Positions 27,924 to 37,091 are shown, counted from the first letter of the stretch. The stretch: 64,000 nucleotides of DNA from Gammaproteobacteria bacterium (GCA_035708085.1 DASSTE010000074.1:67053-131052); one strand, 5' to 3'. The notes: a model not told the origin generated them from the letters alone. Numbers and translations are program-made.

Positions 27924-29107
27924 TCACTTTGATGCCACGATCGCTGTGCCGCCGCCAGCCCTGTGCCGGGCTCTACATCGTGCCCGTGCGCGCGCAGCAC
28001 GCTTTCGAGCGCCGCCAGCAACCGCAGCACGAAGACCGGCTGCGATCCATAGCCCATCAGGCCGACGCGCAGCATGCGCGGCTTGAACGGCCCGAGCCCG
28101 GTCGCGACTTCAATGCCGAAGTCATTCAACAGCGACTTTTGCACGCTGCCCGCATCGACACCGTCCGGCAGCAGTACGCCGGCTACCGTGTGCAGGCTGT
28201 GTTCGGGCGCGGCCAGAATCTTCAGCCCCAGCGCCTCCACGGCGGCGCGCAATGCACCGTAATTGCGCTGGTGGCGCGTCCAGCGGCGCTCGGGTCCCTC
28301 GTGATGCAGGCTCAGCAGCGCCGCGCGCAGCGCGTAGACCAGCGGCGCCGAGATCGTATGGTGGTACTGGCCCTGGTACCAGTATTTTTCCAGCGCCGGC
28401 ACGTCGAGATAAAAGCTCGCGACCGGCGATTTGCGATTGCGCACGCGCTCCATCGCGCGTTCGTTGAGCGTCAGCGGCGCCATGCCGGCCGGCGCGCCGA
28501 GCGCCTTCTGGCTGCCGCTGTAGCAGACGTCGATGCCCGCAGCATCGATATCGATAGGATGACCTCCGAGCGACGCAACGGTATCCACAATCAGCAGCGC
28601 GTCGAGCTCATGCGCCGCTGCGGCGATATCGGCAATATTGTTCTGGGCAACGCCGGTCGAGGTTTCGCCGTGCACGACGCCGACCACGCGCGGGCGCACC
28701 TGGCGGATCGTGTCGCGCAGACGGTCGGGATCGAGCGGCGCGCCCCATTTGGCGTCGACGCGTGTCACTTTCGCGCCCAGGCGCTCGGCCATCGACGCCA
28801 GCCGCTCGCCGAAGTAACCCATCGTGCCGATCACGACCGGGTCGCCGGCCTCGATCGTGTTGCACAGCGCCGCCTGCATCCCGGAAGTGCCGGTGCCGGA
28901 CAGGGCGATCGCAAAGTCGTTCGTGGTCTGAAAGGCCTCCCGCAGCAGTACCTTGAGTTCGTCGAATATTTGCAGCATCGCCGGGTCAACGTAACCCAGC
29001 GGCGGCAGCGTCATGGCCCGTAGCACTTCGGGATCAAGTTCGCTCGGGCCGGGGCCGAGCAGCACGCGCGTCGGCGGACGCTGGATTTCAAACAAATCGG
29101 GATTCAT
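27920..29107 (-). CDS. class V aminotransferase (serine/alanine--glyoxylate aminotransferase-like)
   Basis: The PLP-lysine block is YSGSQKALGAPAGMAP. It is 395 aa and overlaps the glcD start by 4 nt. Confidence 0.75.
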   Translation of the reverse strand: MNPDLFEIQRPPTRVLLGPGPSELDPEVLRAMTLPPLGYVDPAMLQIFDELKVLLREAFQTTNDFAIALSGTGTSGMQAALCNTIEAGDPVVIGTMGYFGERLASMAERLGAKVTRVDAKWGAPLDPDRLRDTIRQVRPRVVGVVHGETSTGVAQNNIADIAAAAHELDALLIVDTVASLGGHPIDIDAAGIDVCYSGSQKALGAPAGMAPLTLNERAMERVRNRKSPVASFYLDVPALEKYWYQGQYHHTISAPLVYALRAALLSLHHEGPERRWTRHQRNYGALRAAVEALGLKILAAPEHSLHTVAGVLLPDGVDAGSVQKSLLNDFGIEVATGLGPFKPRMLRVGLMGYGSQPVFVLRLLAALESVLRAHGHDVEPGTGLAAAQRSWHQSE

Positions 29108-30523
29108 TCAGCCGTGCTCCCGGGCAGCGGGTTGAGCAAGTACCGATGTCTCGGCCGCCTGGCCGAGAAAATGGCGCTCGATGTCTTCGAGGCTACGCCC
29201 GCGGGTTTCCGGCAGCGGGAACACCGCGATCAGGAAGTAAAGGAACACGAAGCCGGCCAGTACGAAAAACACGCCGCTGTAGCCGATGGTGCCGACGATG
29301 CTCATGAACGCGGCCGCTAGCCCGGCCGAAATCAGCGAGTTGGCAAATAGTGCCACGGCCATGCCCTTGGCGCGAATCGCGAGCGGCAGGATTTCCGAGA
29401 TCGCCAGCCAGACCACCGTGCCGGGGCCGACGGCGAAGAAAATAATGAAGGCGATGAAGCCACCGAGTGTCGCGTAGCCCTGGAACGCCGACGGAGGGAA
29501 CCCGGCATGGACGATGCCGATGAAGGCCAGTGCGATCGTCACGCCCGCAGTGCCGACGATCAGCAGCGGCCGGCGGCCGATCCGATCGATCAGCAGCAAG
29601 GCGATCAGCGTCAGGACGAAGTTCGCGATGCCGACGCCGACGCTGCCGAGCACCGCCGCACCGCCGCCGTGCAGGCCGGACTGGTGCAGGATGACCGTGT
29701 TGAACTGCAGCAAGGTGTTGATGCCGGTCAGCTGGTTGAGGATGCCGACCGCGAGCGCAATGAAAAATGCCTTGCGGTAGCCGGGGCGCAACAGCAGGCG
29801 CCACTCGCCGACAGTCCGGTCGCGCTCCTGCTCGGCAAGTTCGACCATTTCGTTGAAGGTGCGCGCGGCTTCGTCGGCATGTTGCGTCTGCAGCAGCGCC
29901 GCCCGGGCTTCTTCCTGGCGCCCGCGCCGGTACAGCCAGCCGGGAGAAGCCGGCAGCAGAAAGCCACCGACCAGGAATGCGATCGACGGGATCAGCGCGG
30001 TGGCGAACATCGCGCGCCAGTCGCCGCTGCCATTGAGCGCGTAGCCGACGACGTAGCCCATCAGGATGCCGAACGTCAGGCACAACTGGAACAGCGCGAC
30101 GCTGCGGCCGCGCAACGCCGGCGGCATCACCTCGACGATGTAAAGCGGCACGACGATGGTAAGAATCCCGACGCCGATTCCCTGGATGAGCCGGCCGGCG
30201 AGCGCCATCGCGAAGCCGTTGCTGGCGATCAGAACGATGACCCCGGCGATGAAGGTCGCGGCGGCGAGAATGATCGACATGCGGCGGCCGTAGCGGTCGG
30301 CGAACGGGCCGGCGAACAGGATCGCGAGCGAACCACCGCCGAGTACCGCCGATACGATCAGCGACATTTCTGACGGTGTCAGGCCGAGGCTGCCCTTCAT
30401 GAACAGCAGCGCGCCGGAAATGATGCCGATATCGTAGCCGTACAGGATGCCGCCGAGGCCCGAGAAGCTGATGGCGATGAGCACTATCTTGCGTATGCGC
30501 ACTGAGGCTGTCCCCCGAGTCAT
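29108..30523 (-). CDS. MFS transporter, sugar-porter family
   Basis: GILYGYDIGIISGAL, DRYGRR and PETRGRSLEDIE signatures are present. No Shine-Dalgarno sequence precedes the ATG. Confidence 0.8.
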   Translation of the reverse strand: MTRGTASVRIRKIVLIAISFSGLGGILYGYDIGIISGALLFMKGSLGLTPSEMSLIVSAVLGGGSLAILFAGPFADRYGRRMSIILAAATFIAGVIVLIASNGFAMALAGRLIQGIGVGILTIVVPLYIVEVMPPALRGRSVALFQLCLTFGILMGYVVGYALNGSGDWRAMFATALIPSIAFLVGGFLLPASPGWLYRRGRQEEARAALLQTQHADEAARTFNEMVELAEQERDRTVGEWRLLLRPGYRKAFFIALAVGILNQLTGINTLLQFNTVILHQSGLHGGGAAVLGSVGVGIANFVLTLIALLLIDRIGRRPLLIVGTAGVTIALAFIGIVHAGFPPSAFQGYATLGGFIAFIIFFAVGPGTVVWLAISEILPLAIRAKGMAVALFANSLISAGLAAAFMSIVGTIGYSGVFFVLAGFVFLYFLIAVFPLPETRGRSLEDIERHFLGQAAETSVLAQPAAREHG

Positions 30524-30578
30524 ATAATCAATAGTAACAACATGATATTCCGCAGGAATCGCCGTTTGCGAACGGTAC

Positions 30579-30595
30579 TATAGCCGTTGGCTATA
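30579..30595. promoter_or_regulatory. 17-bp perfect dyad TATAGCC-GTT-GGCTATA (operator copy 3) in the MFS / SSF divergent region
   Basis: Read directly. GGCGATT lies on the minus strand at 30557-30563, 16 nt from the dyad, so it faces the MFS-glcDEF operon. Confidence 0.5.
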
Positions 30596-30673
30596 CTTCA
30601 TCGTGTTTCGCGTCAACTGCGCCAGTCAGGCGGATGATAGGGTACACCCCTAGCGCGCAGCCAACCTTAGCAC

Positions 30674-32200
30674 ATGCATACACTAGATTTGTTCGTAATC
30701 GTCGCCTACCTGGTCGTCATCGCGACGATCGGCCTGCGCCTGAGCGGCCGGCAGCGCTCCGCGAGCGACTACTTCGTCGGCGAGCGCAGCCTGTCGTGGT
30801 GGGCGGTCTGTTTCTCCATCGTGGCCACCGAAACCTCGACGCTGACGGTCATCAGCGTCCCCGGCGTCGCCTACCTCGGCGCGTACGGTTACGTCGAGCT
30901 GGCCTTCGGGTACCTGATTGGCCGCATCATCGTGGCGATGGTCATGCTGCCGCTCTACATGCGCGGCGACCTCGTCAGCGCCTATCAATACCTCGGCCTG
31001 CGCTTCGGCAAGAAAGTGCAGGGTCTCGCGTCGGTCACATTTCTCGTCACCCGGCTGCTGGCCGAGGGCGTGCGCCTGTTCGCCGCCGCAATTCCGATCG
31101 CGCTGCTCCTGACCGCGATGGGCATCAATGCAAGCTACATTGAAATCATCATCGTACTCACCGGGGTGACAGTCGGCTACACCTACATCGGCGGCATTCG
31201 CGCCGTCGTCTGGACCGACGCGATCCAGATGATGCTGTACGTCGGCGGCGCCATTCTGAGCGCGGCCATTCTTCTTACCCATACACCGCTTTCGGATTTG
31301 GGCGCTGCCTGGCAGGCCGGCAAGTTCCAGGTCTTCAATTTCCACTCGGCCATCCTGACCGACCCATATGCATTCGTCGCGGCAATCTTCGGCGGCGCGG
31401 TGTTTACGATGGCCTCGCACGGTGCCGACCAGTTGATGGTGCAGCGCATTCTCGGCTGCAAGAGCCTGGCCGACGGCCGCAAGGCGATGATCGGCAGCGC
31501 TATTTTCGTGATGGCGCAGTTCGCGCTGTTTTCGTTCGTGGGGACGTTGCTGTGGATTAACTATGGCGGTCAGACGCCGCATCAGTTGGGGCTCAGCGAC
31601 TCCGATCAGTTGTTTCCACGATTCATAATCCGGCAATTGCCGGCGGGCGTATCGGGATTATTGATTGCGGGAATTCTTGGCGCGACGATGGGGTCGCTGT
31701 CGTCGGCGATGAACTCGATGTCGAACTCGACGGTCACGGATTTGATTCACCTGTTCGGTCGCCGCGAGTACAACGGCAAAACGATGCTGCGCCTTTCGCG
31801 CATCACGACTCTGGTATGGGCGGGCGCGCTGGTCGGTTTTGCGTCGATGTTCACCGATACCAACAGCCCGGTGATCGTGCTGGGCTTGAGCATTACCGGC
31901 TATACCTATGGCGCGCTGTTGGGCGCGTTTCTGTTGGGCCTGCTGATCAAGCGTGCCAATCAGCGCGACGGCGCTGTCGCGTTCGTGATGACGTTGATCG
32001 TGATGGCCGTGGTGGTGCTCGACGTCAAAATTCACGGCCAGTCGCTGGCGTTCCCGTGGTTCGTGCCGATCGGCGCCGCGATTACGTTGCTGGTTGGCGG
32101 CGGGCTGTCGCTGACTCATCCGGCGCGGAAGTCGGACGAGCGGCCTCTGTCGGCGGTGAACCCACAGAACGACTCAAACCGTCTGCGCTTGCGCCCTTAG
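30674..32200 (+). CDS. sodium:solute symporter family transporter
   Basis: 508 aa. The N-terminal DYFVGERSLSWWAVCFSIVATETSTLTVISVPG is typical of SSF transporters. Confidence 0.8.
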   Translation: MHTLDLFVIVAYLVVIATIGLRLSGRQRSASDYFVGERSLSWWAVCFSIVATETSTLTVISVPGVAYLGAYGYVELAFGYLIGRIIVAMVMLPLYMRGDLVSAYQYLGLRFGKKVQGLASVTFLVTRLLAEGVRLFAAAIPIALLLTAMGINASYIEIIIVLTGVTVGYTYIGGIRAVVWTDAIQMMLYVGGAILSAAILLTHTPLSDLGAAWQAGKFQVFNFHSAILTDPYAFVAAIFGGAVFTMASHGADQLMVQRILGCKSLADGRKAMIGSAIFVMAQFALFSFVGTLLWINYGGQTPHQLGLSDSDQLFPRFIIRQLPAGVSGLLIAGILGATMGSLSSAMNSMSNSTVTDLIHLFGRREYNGKTMLRLSRITTLVWAGALVGFASMFTDTNSPVIVLGLSITGYTYGALLGAFLLGLLIKRANQRDGAVAFVMTLIVMAVVVLDVKIHGQSLAFPWFVPIGAAITLLVGGGLSLTHPARKSDERPLSAVNPQNDSNRLRLRP

Positions 32201-32262
32201 CGGCCGTTTTTCCGTCATTCCTGCGAAGGCTTCCCCGAGGGCGAAGTCCATGGGAATTCCGG

Positions 32263-33969
32263 CTAAACCGGAATCAGCCGGGGATAGTCCGGCGCCCACA
32301 TCATGGCGGCGATGCGCCCGCGCAAAGTCTCCGCGTTGGCTGGAGGCGCCTTGTCCGATTCGACCGCCTCTTGAGCCACCGCAAACGCAATCTCCGCGCT
32401 GATCCCGCGCAGTTCCGTGAGCGGCGGATACACCAGCCCCTTGTTCACGTAATCATCGGACAGATACGAGGCGAGGGCGCGCGCGGCGACGGCGAAGCTT
32501 TCATCGTCAAGCCGGCGCGCGTTGGCGGCCAGCGCGCCCAGGCCGACGCCGGGGAAAATGTAGACGTTATTGCCCTGCGCGACCGGGTATGTTCGGCCCT
32601 GGTATTCGACCGGGTCGAAGGGGCTGCCGGTCGCGACCACGGCACGGCCGTCGGTCCACGCGATGATGTCCTCGGGCGTTGCCTCCGCATTGGCGGTCGG
32701 ATTCGAGATCGGCAGTACAATCGGCCGCTCTATCGTCTCGGCCATTGAGCGGATCACTGTTTCTGTGAAGATGCCCGGCTGCCCTGACGTACCGATCAGC
32801 ACGCTCGGCCTGAGTGCCTTTGTGACTTCCTCCAGATCGCGCTCGCCGTCCGGGTCGATGCCGGCAGCTTCAATCTGCTCGCGGGTCCACGCGAAATCGC
32901 GCTTGTGCTCGTCGAGGTCGGTGCCGGTCATCAGCATCCCGTGCGAGTCGAGCAGGACGATCGCCTGGCGCAGGATCTCGTCGTCGAGCCCCGCCTGGCG
33001 CAGTGCCTCACGCAGTTGCCGCGCGATGCCGATACCGGCCGCGCCCGCGCCGAGAATCACCGTCCGCTGCTGTTCCAGCGGCTTCCCGATCACGCGGCAG
33101 GCACCCATGACGCCGGCCAGCGTCACCGCCGCTGTGCCCTCGATGTCATCATTGAATGACAGCAGACGGTTGCGATAGCGGTCGAGCAGCCGGAACGCGT
33201 TGGACTTCTTGAAGTCCTCCCATTGCACCAGCGCGCGCGGGAAACGCCGCTTGACCGCCGTTACGAACTCTTCAACCAGCGCATCGTATTCGGCGCCGCG
33301 CAGGCGCTTGTGCGGCCAGCCGACGTACAGCTCGTCATTCAGCAGTTCCTCGTTATCGGTGCCGACGTCGAGGCAGATCGGCAATGTCTGACTGGGGTGA
33401 ATGCCGGCGGCGACGCTGTAAAGCGCGAGCTTGCCGATCGGGATGCCCATGCCGCCGGCACCGAGGTCTCCGAGCCCGAGGATGCGTTCGTTGTCGGTGA
33501 CGACGATCAGGCGCACGTCCTCGTACGGCGCGTTGCCAAGCACTTCGTCGATGCGGCCCTTGTGGCCGGGGTGAATCCAGATGCCGCGGCCGCGCCGGAA
33601 GATATGGCTGTAGCGCTTGCAGGCTTCGCCAACGGTGGGCGTATAGATGATCGGCAGGAATTCTTCGAGGTGCTGGTGAAGCAGCTTATAGAACAGTACC
33701 TCGTTACGGTCCTGGAGTGCGGCGAGGCCGATGTACTGCTCGATCTTGTCGTTTTTGCGCGCGATCGCTTCGTAGGTACGCCGTGCCTGCGCGGCTTCGG
33801 TCGCCGTATGCTCGGGCAGCAGGCCGTCCAGCCCGAACTGCCGGCGCTCTTCGGCCGTGAAGACGGTGCCTTTGTTGTACATCGGATGCGACAGCAGCGT
33901 GCGGCCGCGCAGTGAAACTTCCACCGCTTCGTTGCCTTCGGCGTCTCTTGTCAACTTGAAGGTTTCCAT
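32263..33969 (-). CDS. maeA: NAD-dependent malic enzyme
   Basis: 568 aa with LLSHPMYNKGTVFTAEERRQFGLDGLLP and VVTDNERILGLGDLGAGGMGIPIGKLALY motifs. Confidence 0.9.
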   Translation of the reverse strand: METFKLTRDAEGNEAVEVSLRGRTLLSHPMYNKGTVFTAEERRQFGLDGLLPEHTATEAAQARRTYEAIARKNDKIEQYIGLAALQDRNEVLFYKLLHQHLEEFLPIIYTPTVGEACKRYSHIFRRGRGIWIHPGHKGRIDEVLGNAPYEDVRLIVVTDNERILGLGDLGAGGMGIPIGKLALYSVAAGIHPSQTLPICLDVGTDNEELLNDELYVGWPHKRLRGAEYDALVEEFVTAVKRRFPRALVQWEDFKKSNAFRLLDRYRNRLLSFNDDIEGTAAVTLAGVMGACRVIGKPLEQQRTVILGAGAAGIGIARQLREALRQAGLDDEILRQAIVLLDSHGMLMTGTDLDEHKRDFAWTREQIEAAGIDPDGERDLEEVTKALRPSVLIGTSGQPGIFTETVIRSMAETIERPIVLPISNPTANAEATPEDIIAWTDGRAVVATGSPFDPVEYQGRTYPVAQGNNVYIFPGVGLGALAANARRLDDESFAVAARALASYLSDDYVNKGLVYPPLTELRGISAEIAFAVAQEAVESDKAPPANAETLRGRIAAMMWAPDYPRLIPV

Positions 33970-33981
33970 AGTCTCAGAATG

Positions 33982-34077
33982 AAAGTCGCTAGGACTGAGT
34001 CGCTAGGACTGAGTGTAGAAAAGCCAAGCATCCGCCGCTCTTGAACTTAGTCCTAGCGACTCAGCACTAGCGACTTT
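33982..34077. repeat. long inverted repeat (33-nt arms, 30 of 33 complementary), each arm a tandem pair of a GTCGCTAGGACTGA-like 14-mer
   Basis: Arms are 33982-34014 and 34045-34077, with loop 34015-34044. The right arm encodes the last ~8 codons and the stop of lipB. The left arm ends 12 nt before the maeA ATG. Confidence 0.7.
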
Positions 34078-34694
34078 TCTTTGTCGTACCCCAGGTTCTT
34101 CAACAAATGCGGCTTTAAATCTTCAGCGACTTTATCAACATCCGCCGGGCCGCCCAAATCGGCAACCTGGGTGACCGCCAACCCCGCGTAGCCGCACGGA
34201 TTGATGCGCTCGAAAGGTTCCAGATCCATCGCCACGTTGAAAGCCAGCCCATGGTAGGTGCAGCCGTGACGAATCCGTAGCCCCAGCGCGGCAATCTTGG
34301 CGCCCTCGACATAGACGCCCGGCGCATCGCGCCGCGCAACGGCTTCGATGCCGTAGCCGGCGAGCGTGTCGATCACCGACTGTTCCAGCGCCATCACCAG
34401 CGCGCGCACGCCGAGCTTCAGGCGCCGCAGGTCGATCAGCGGGTAGACGACGATCTGGCCGGGGCCGTGATAGGTCACCTGACCGCCACGATCGATGTTG
34501 ACCACCGGAATGTCGCCGGCGGCGAGCACGTGCTCAGGCTTGCCGTTGAGACCCAGGGTGAAGACCGGCGGATGCTGCAGGAACCAGATTTCGTCGCGCG
34601 TGTCGGTGTCGCGGGCGGCGTTTTCGGCCTGCATCCGCCGCCAGATCGGCACGTAGTCCCGCATGCCGAGATCGCGGATGAGAGGCATATTCAT
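34053..34694 (-). CDS. lipB: octanoyltransferase (lipoate-protein ligase B)
   Basis: 213 aa with the [19 protein letters not shown] motif. It lies in the ybeD-lipB order. Confidence 0.9.
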   Translation of the reverse strand: MNMPLIRDLGMRDYVPIWRRMQAENAARDTDTRDEIWFLQHPPVFTLGLNGKPEHVLAAGDIPVVNIDRGGQVTYHGPGQIVVYPLIDLRRLKLGVRALVMALEQSVIDTLAGYGIEAVARRDAPGVYVEGAKIAALGLRIRHGCTYHGLAFNVAMDLEPFERINPCGYAGLAVTQVADLGGPADVDKVAEDLKPHLLKNLGYDKEKSLVLSR

Positions 34695-34969
34695 AACACA
34701 AACAGTATACGCGGATCGCCGCTCAACTCCCGGTACAGCGTGTCGAGCTGCACGCGACTGGTCGCGCGAATCGTCACCGTGATCGAGACGAACCGGTCGT
34801 TGCGTGATTCGCGGCGGCGAAACTCGAGCACGTCCGGCGGCCCGACGTTCCGATCCACGATCGCGCGCACGTGCATATCGAAATCCGCCGCCTCACGCCC
34901 CATGATCTTGATCGGGAACTCGCAAGGAAATTTGAGGGGACTGTCTTCCTTGTCCGAGTCAGCACTCAT
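34691..34969 (-). CDS. ybeD: YbeD-family (DUF493) protein
   Basis: Track ORF 34691..35158 trimmed to [24 protein letters not shown]. The start overlaps the dat stop (ATGA). It is 92 aa. Confidence 0.75.
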   Translation of the reverse strand: MSADSDKEDSPLKFPCEFPIKIMGREAADFDMHVRAIVDRNVGPPDVLEFRRRESRNDRFVSITVTIRATSRVQLDTLYRELSGDPRILFVL

Positions 34970-35835
34970 GCTGCGCCGAGACGTTGCTTGTACTGCTGAA
35001 ACAGCGCATGAACCTGCCGCCAGACCGGCCCCGGATAGCCGTTGCCGACCGGCGTGCCGTCGATGCGGGTGACGGCGAGCACTTCGCGCGAGGAACTGGC
35101 GATCCAGACTTCCGGGAGGGATGCCAGTTCGCTCGCCGGGATATCCACTTCCTCGCACGCAAGGCCGGCTTCGCGCGCCAGTTCCAGAATCAGATCGCGG
35201 GTGATGCCGGGTAGCAGGCGGCTGTCCTTCGGCGGGGTGCGAACCGTGCCGTCGGCAGTGACGACGAACAGCGTGCTCGACGAACCTTCGGTCACGCAGC
35301 CGTCGCGCACCAGCAGCGTTTCGGCCGCGCCGACATCTTCAGCTTGCTGGCGCAGCAGAATGTTGCCGAGCAGCGAGATCGACTTGATGTCGCAGCGTCG
35401 CCAGCGGATGTCTTCGGCGGTGACGACCGCGACGCCGTCGGCAAGCCATTCTTCCGGCACCGGTGCCAGTTCCTGCGATAGCGCAAATACCGTCGGCGCA
35501 ACATTGGTCGGGAAGCGGTGATCGCGGCCGGCGTCTGCGCCGCGCGTGATCTGCAGGTAGACGCTTTGCATGCCGCCGCCATTGCGAGCGATCAGCCCGT
35601 CCAGCACCTGGCGCCAGCGCGCGGCGGAATAGGGATCGGGCAGCCGGATCGCGTCGAGGCTGTATGCCAGCCGCCGCAGATGTTCGTCCAATCGGAACAG
35701 GCGCCCGTCGTAAGCGGGAATGACTTCATAGACGCCGTCGCCGAACAGGAAACCGCGATCGAGCGGCGAAATTCGCGCTTCGTTCAGCGGAAGGTACTGG
35801 CCATCGACAAACGCGATGCCGAGAGGCTTTGCCAT
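34966..35835 (-). CDS. dat: D-amino acid aminotransferase (class IV aminotransferase)
   Basis: Track ORF trimmed to ATG 35835 (MAKPLGIAFVDG). DRGFLFGDGVYEVIPAYDGRLFRLDEHLRRL is close to Bacillus Dat from memory. PabC or IlvE-like activity is not excluded. Confidence 0.65.
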   Translation of the reverse strand: MAKPLGIAFVDGQYLPLNEARISPLDRGFLFGDGVYEVIPAYDGRLFRLDEHLRRLAYSLDAIRLPDPYSAARWRQVLDGLIARNGGGMQSVYLQITRGADAGRDHRFPTNVAPTVFALSQELAPVPEEWLADGVAVVTAEDIRWRRCDIKSISLLGNILLRQQAEDVGAAETLLVRDGCVTEGSSSTLFVVTADGTVRTPPKDSRLLPGITRDLILELAREAGLACEEVDIPASELASLPEVWIASSSREVLAVTRIDGTPVGNGYPGPVWRQVHALFQQYKQRLGAA

Positions 35836-35861
35836 GTTGATCCAAACCTGGAAATTCAAAA

Positions 35862-35946
35862 CCCTCTGCCTAGCGAGAGGACAGGGTGAGGGGGAAAATC
35901 GAACTCTCCCTCATCCCGGCCTTCTCCCTGAGGAAGAAGGGGCCAG
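35862..35946. repeat. REP-like element: two inverted copies of a CTC..GAGAGG-N-GGGTGAGGG type motif
   Basis: The plus strand carries CCCTCTGCCTAGCGAGAGGACAGGGTGAGGGGG. The minus strand carries CCTCAGGGAGAAGGCCGGGATGAGGGAG. A related copy lies at 43386-43417. Confidence 0.5.
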
Positions 35947-35951
35947 AACAA

Positions 35952-37091
35952 TCAGTGGAACATTAACGCGATGCTGTCCACCATGCGCGTCCACAGGCCG
36001 CCTTCGGCTACCGGCTTGAGCGCGTACAGCGGCGCCGTCGCGACGGTCTTGTCGCCCAGCGTCACGGTAACTTTGCCGATCGGCTGGGTGGTGTCGACCG
36101 GCGCGACGATGGTCGCGGGGAGCTTCATCTTGGCATCAAGCTTGTCGGCGCGGCCTTTCGGAATCACGACGTACAGATCGGACTTGACGCCGATCGGCAC
36201 GTTGTCCGCCGTGCCCTTCCAGACCTTCGCCTCTGTCAGCTTGCTGCCGGCTGCGTAGAGAGTGCGGCCTTCGAAGAAGTGGTAGCCGTAGTTCAGCAGC
36301 GCCTCGTTTTCATTGGCGCGCGCTTCTTCGCTCTCGGTGCCCATCACCACTGCAACCAGGCGCATGTCGCCGCGCTTGGCAGAGGTGACCAGGCAATAAC
36401 CGGCGGCGCTGGTGTGGCCGGTTTTCAGACCATCCACCGACGGGTCCCGCCACAGCAGCAGGTTGCGGTTGGTCTGGTGGATGTTGTTCCAGGTGAATTC
36501 CTTGTCGGAGAAATACTGGTGGTAATACTTCGGAAAGTCCTTGATGATCGCGCGCGCCAGCGTCGCGATATCGCGGGCGGTCATGTAATGCTCGGGGTGA
36601 GGCATGCCGCTCGCATCGGTGAAATGCGAGTTCGTCATGCCGAGCCGCTTGGCGTATGCGTTCATCATGTTGACGAAGGCACCTTCGGTGCCGCCCACGT
36701 ATTCGGCCAGCGCGACCACGGCATCGTTGCCGGAATCGACGATGACACCTTCGATCAGGTGATCGACCGTAATCTTGTCGCCGACTTCGATGAACATCCG
36801 CGAGCCGCCCATCTGCCAGGCTTTCTTGCTGATCGTGACCTTGTCGTCGAGGTGAATCACGCCGGATTTCAGCGCGTTGAACACGACGTACAGGCTCATC
36901 AGCTTGGTGATGCTTGCCGGCGAGACTTTCTCGTCGGGCTTCTTCGCGGCGAGTATCGTGCCGGTCGTGTAGTCTTCGAGGATGTAACTCGTCGCAGAAA
37001 GTTTGGGCGGGGCGGGGATTGGCAGGGCGGCATAGGCCGGCAGAATGAGGCTGCTCGCGAGCAGCACGACGAACGCTGGGAAGGCTTTCAC
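35952..37091 (-). CDS. dacA: D-alanyl-D-alanine carboxypeptidase (PBP5/6 class)
   Basis: Signal peptide present. SxxK appears as SPASITKLM, SxN as DSGND, and KTG as LKTGHT. Confidence 0.85.
   Translation of the reverse strand: MKAFPAFVVLLASSLILPAYAALPIPAPPKLSATSYILEDYTTGTILAAKKPDEKVSPASITKLMSLYVVFNALKSGVIHLDDKVTISKKAWQMGGSRMFIEVGDKITVDHLIEGVIVDSGNDAVVALAEYVGGTEGAFVNMMNAYAKRLGMTNSHFTDASGMPHPEHYMTARDIATLARAIIKDFPKYYHQYFSDKEFTWNNIHQTNRNLLLWRDPSVDGLKTGHTSAAGYCLVTSAKRGDMRLVAVVMGTESEEARANENEALLNYGYHFFEGRTLYAAGSKLTEAKVWKGTADNVPIGVKSDLYVVIPKGRADKLDAKMKLPATIVAPVDTTQPIGKVTVTLGDKTVATAPLYALKPVAEGGLWTRMVDSIALMFH

Noticed and set aside
30523-30528. Perfect TATAAT on the plus strand overlapping the MFS start codon, as a possible SSF promoter -10
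   Set aside because: It lies about 146 nt from the SSF ATG, I see no convincing -35, and the operator lies downstream of it. A single hexamer in AT-richer promoter DNA is not enough evidence.
32208-32276. Rho-independent terminator for the SSF and maeA convergent pair
   Set aside because: Only short imperfect pairings are present (ATTCCGG/CCGGAAT around the maeA stop) and there is no U-tract on either strand. It is recorded only as a degenerate REP-family member.
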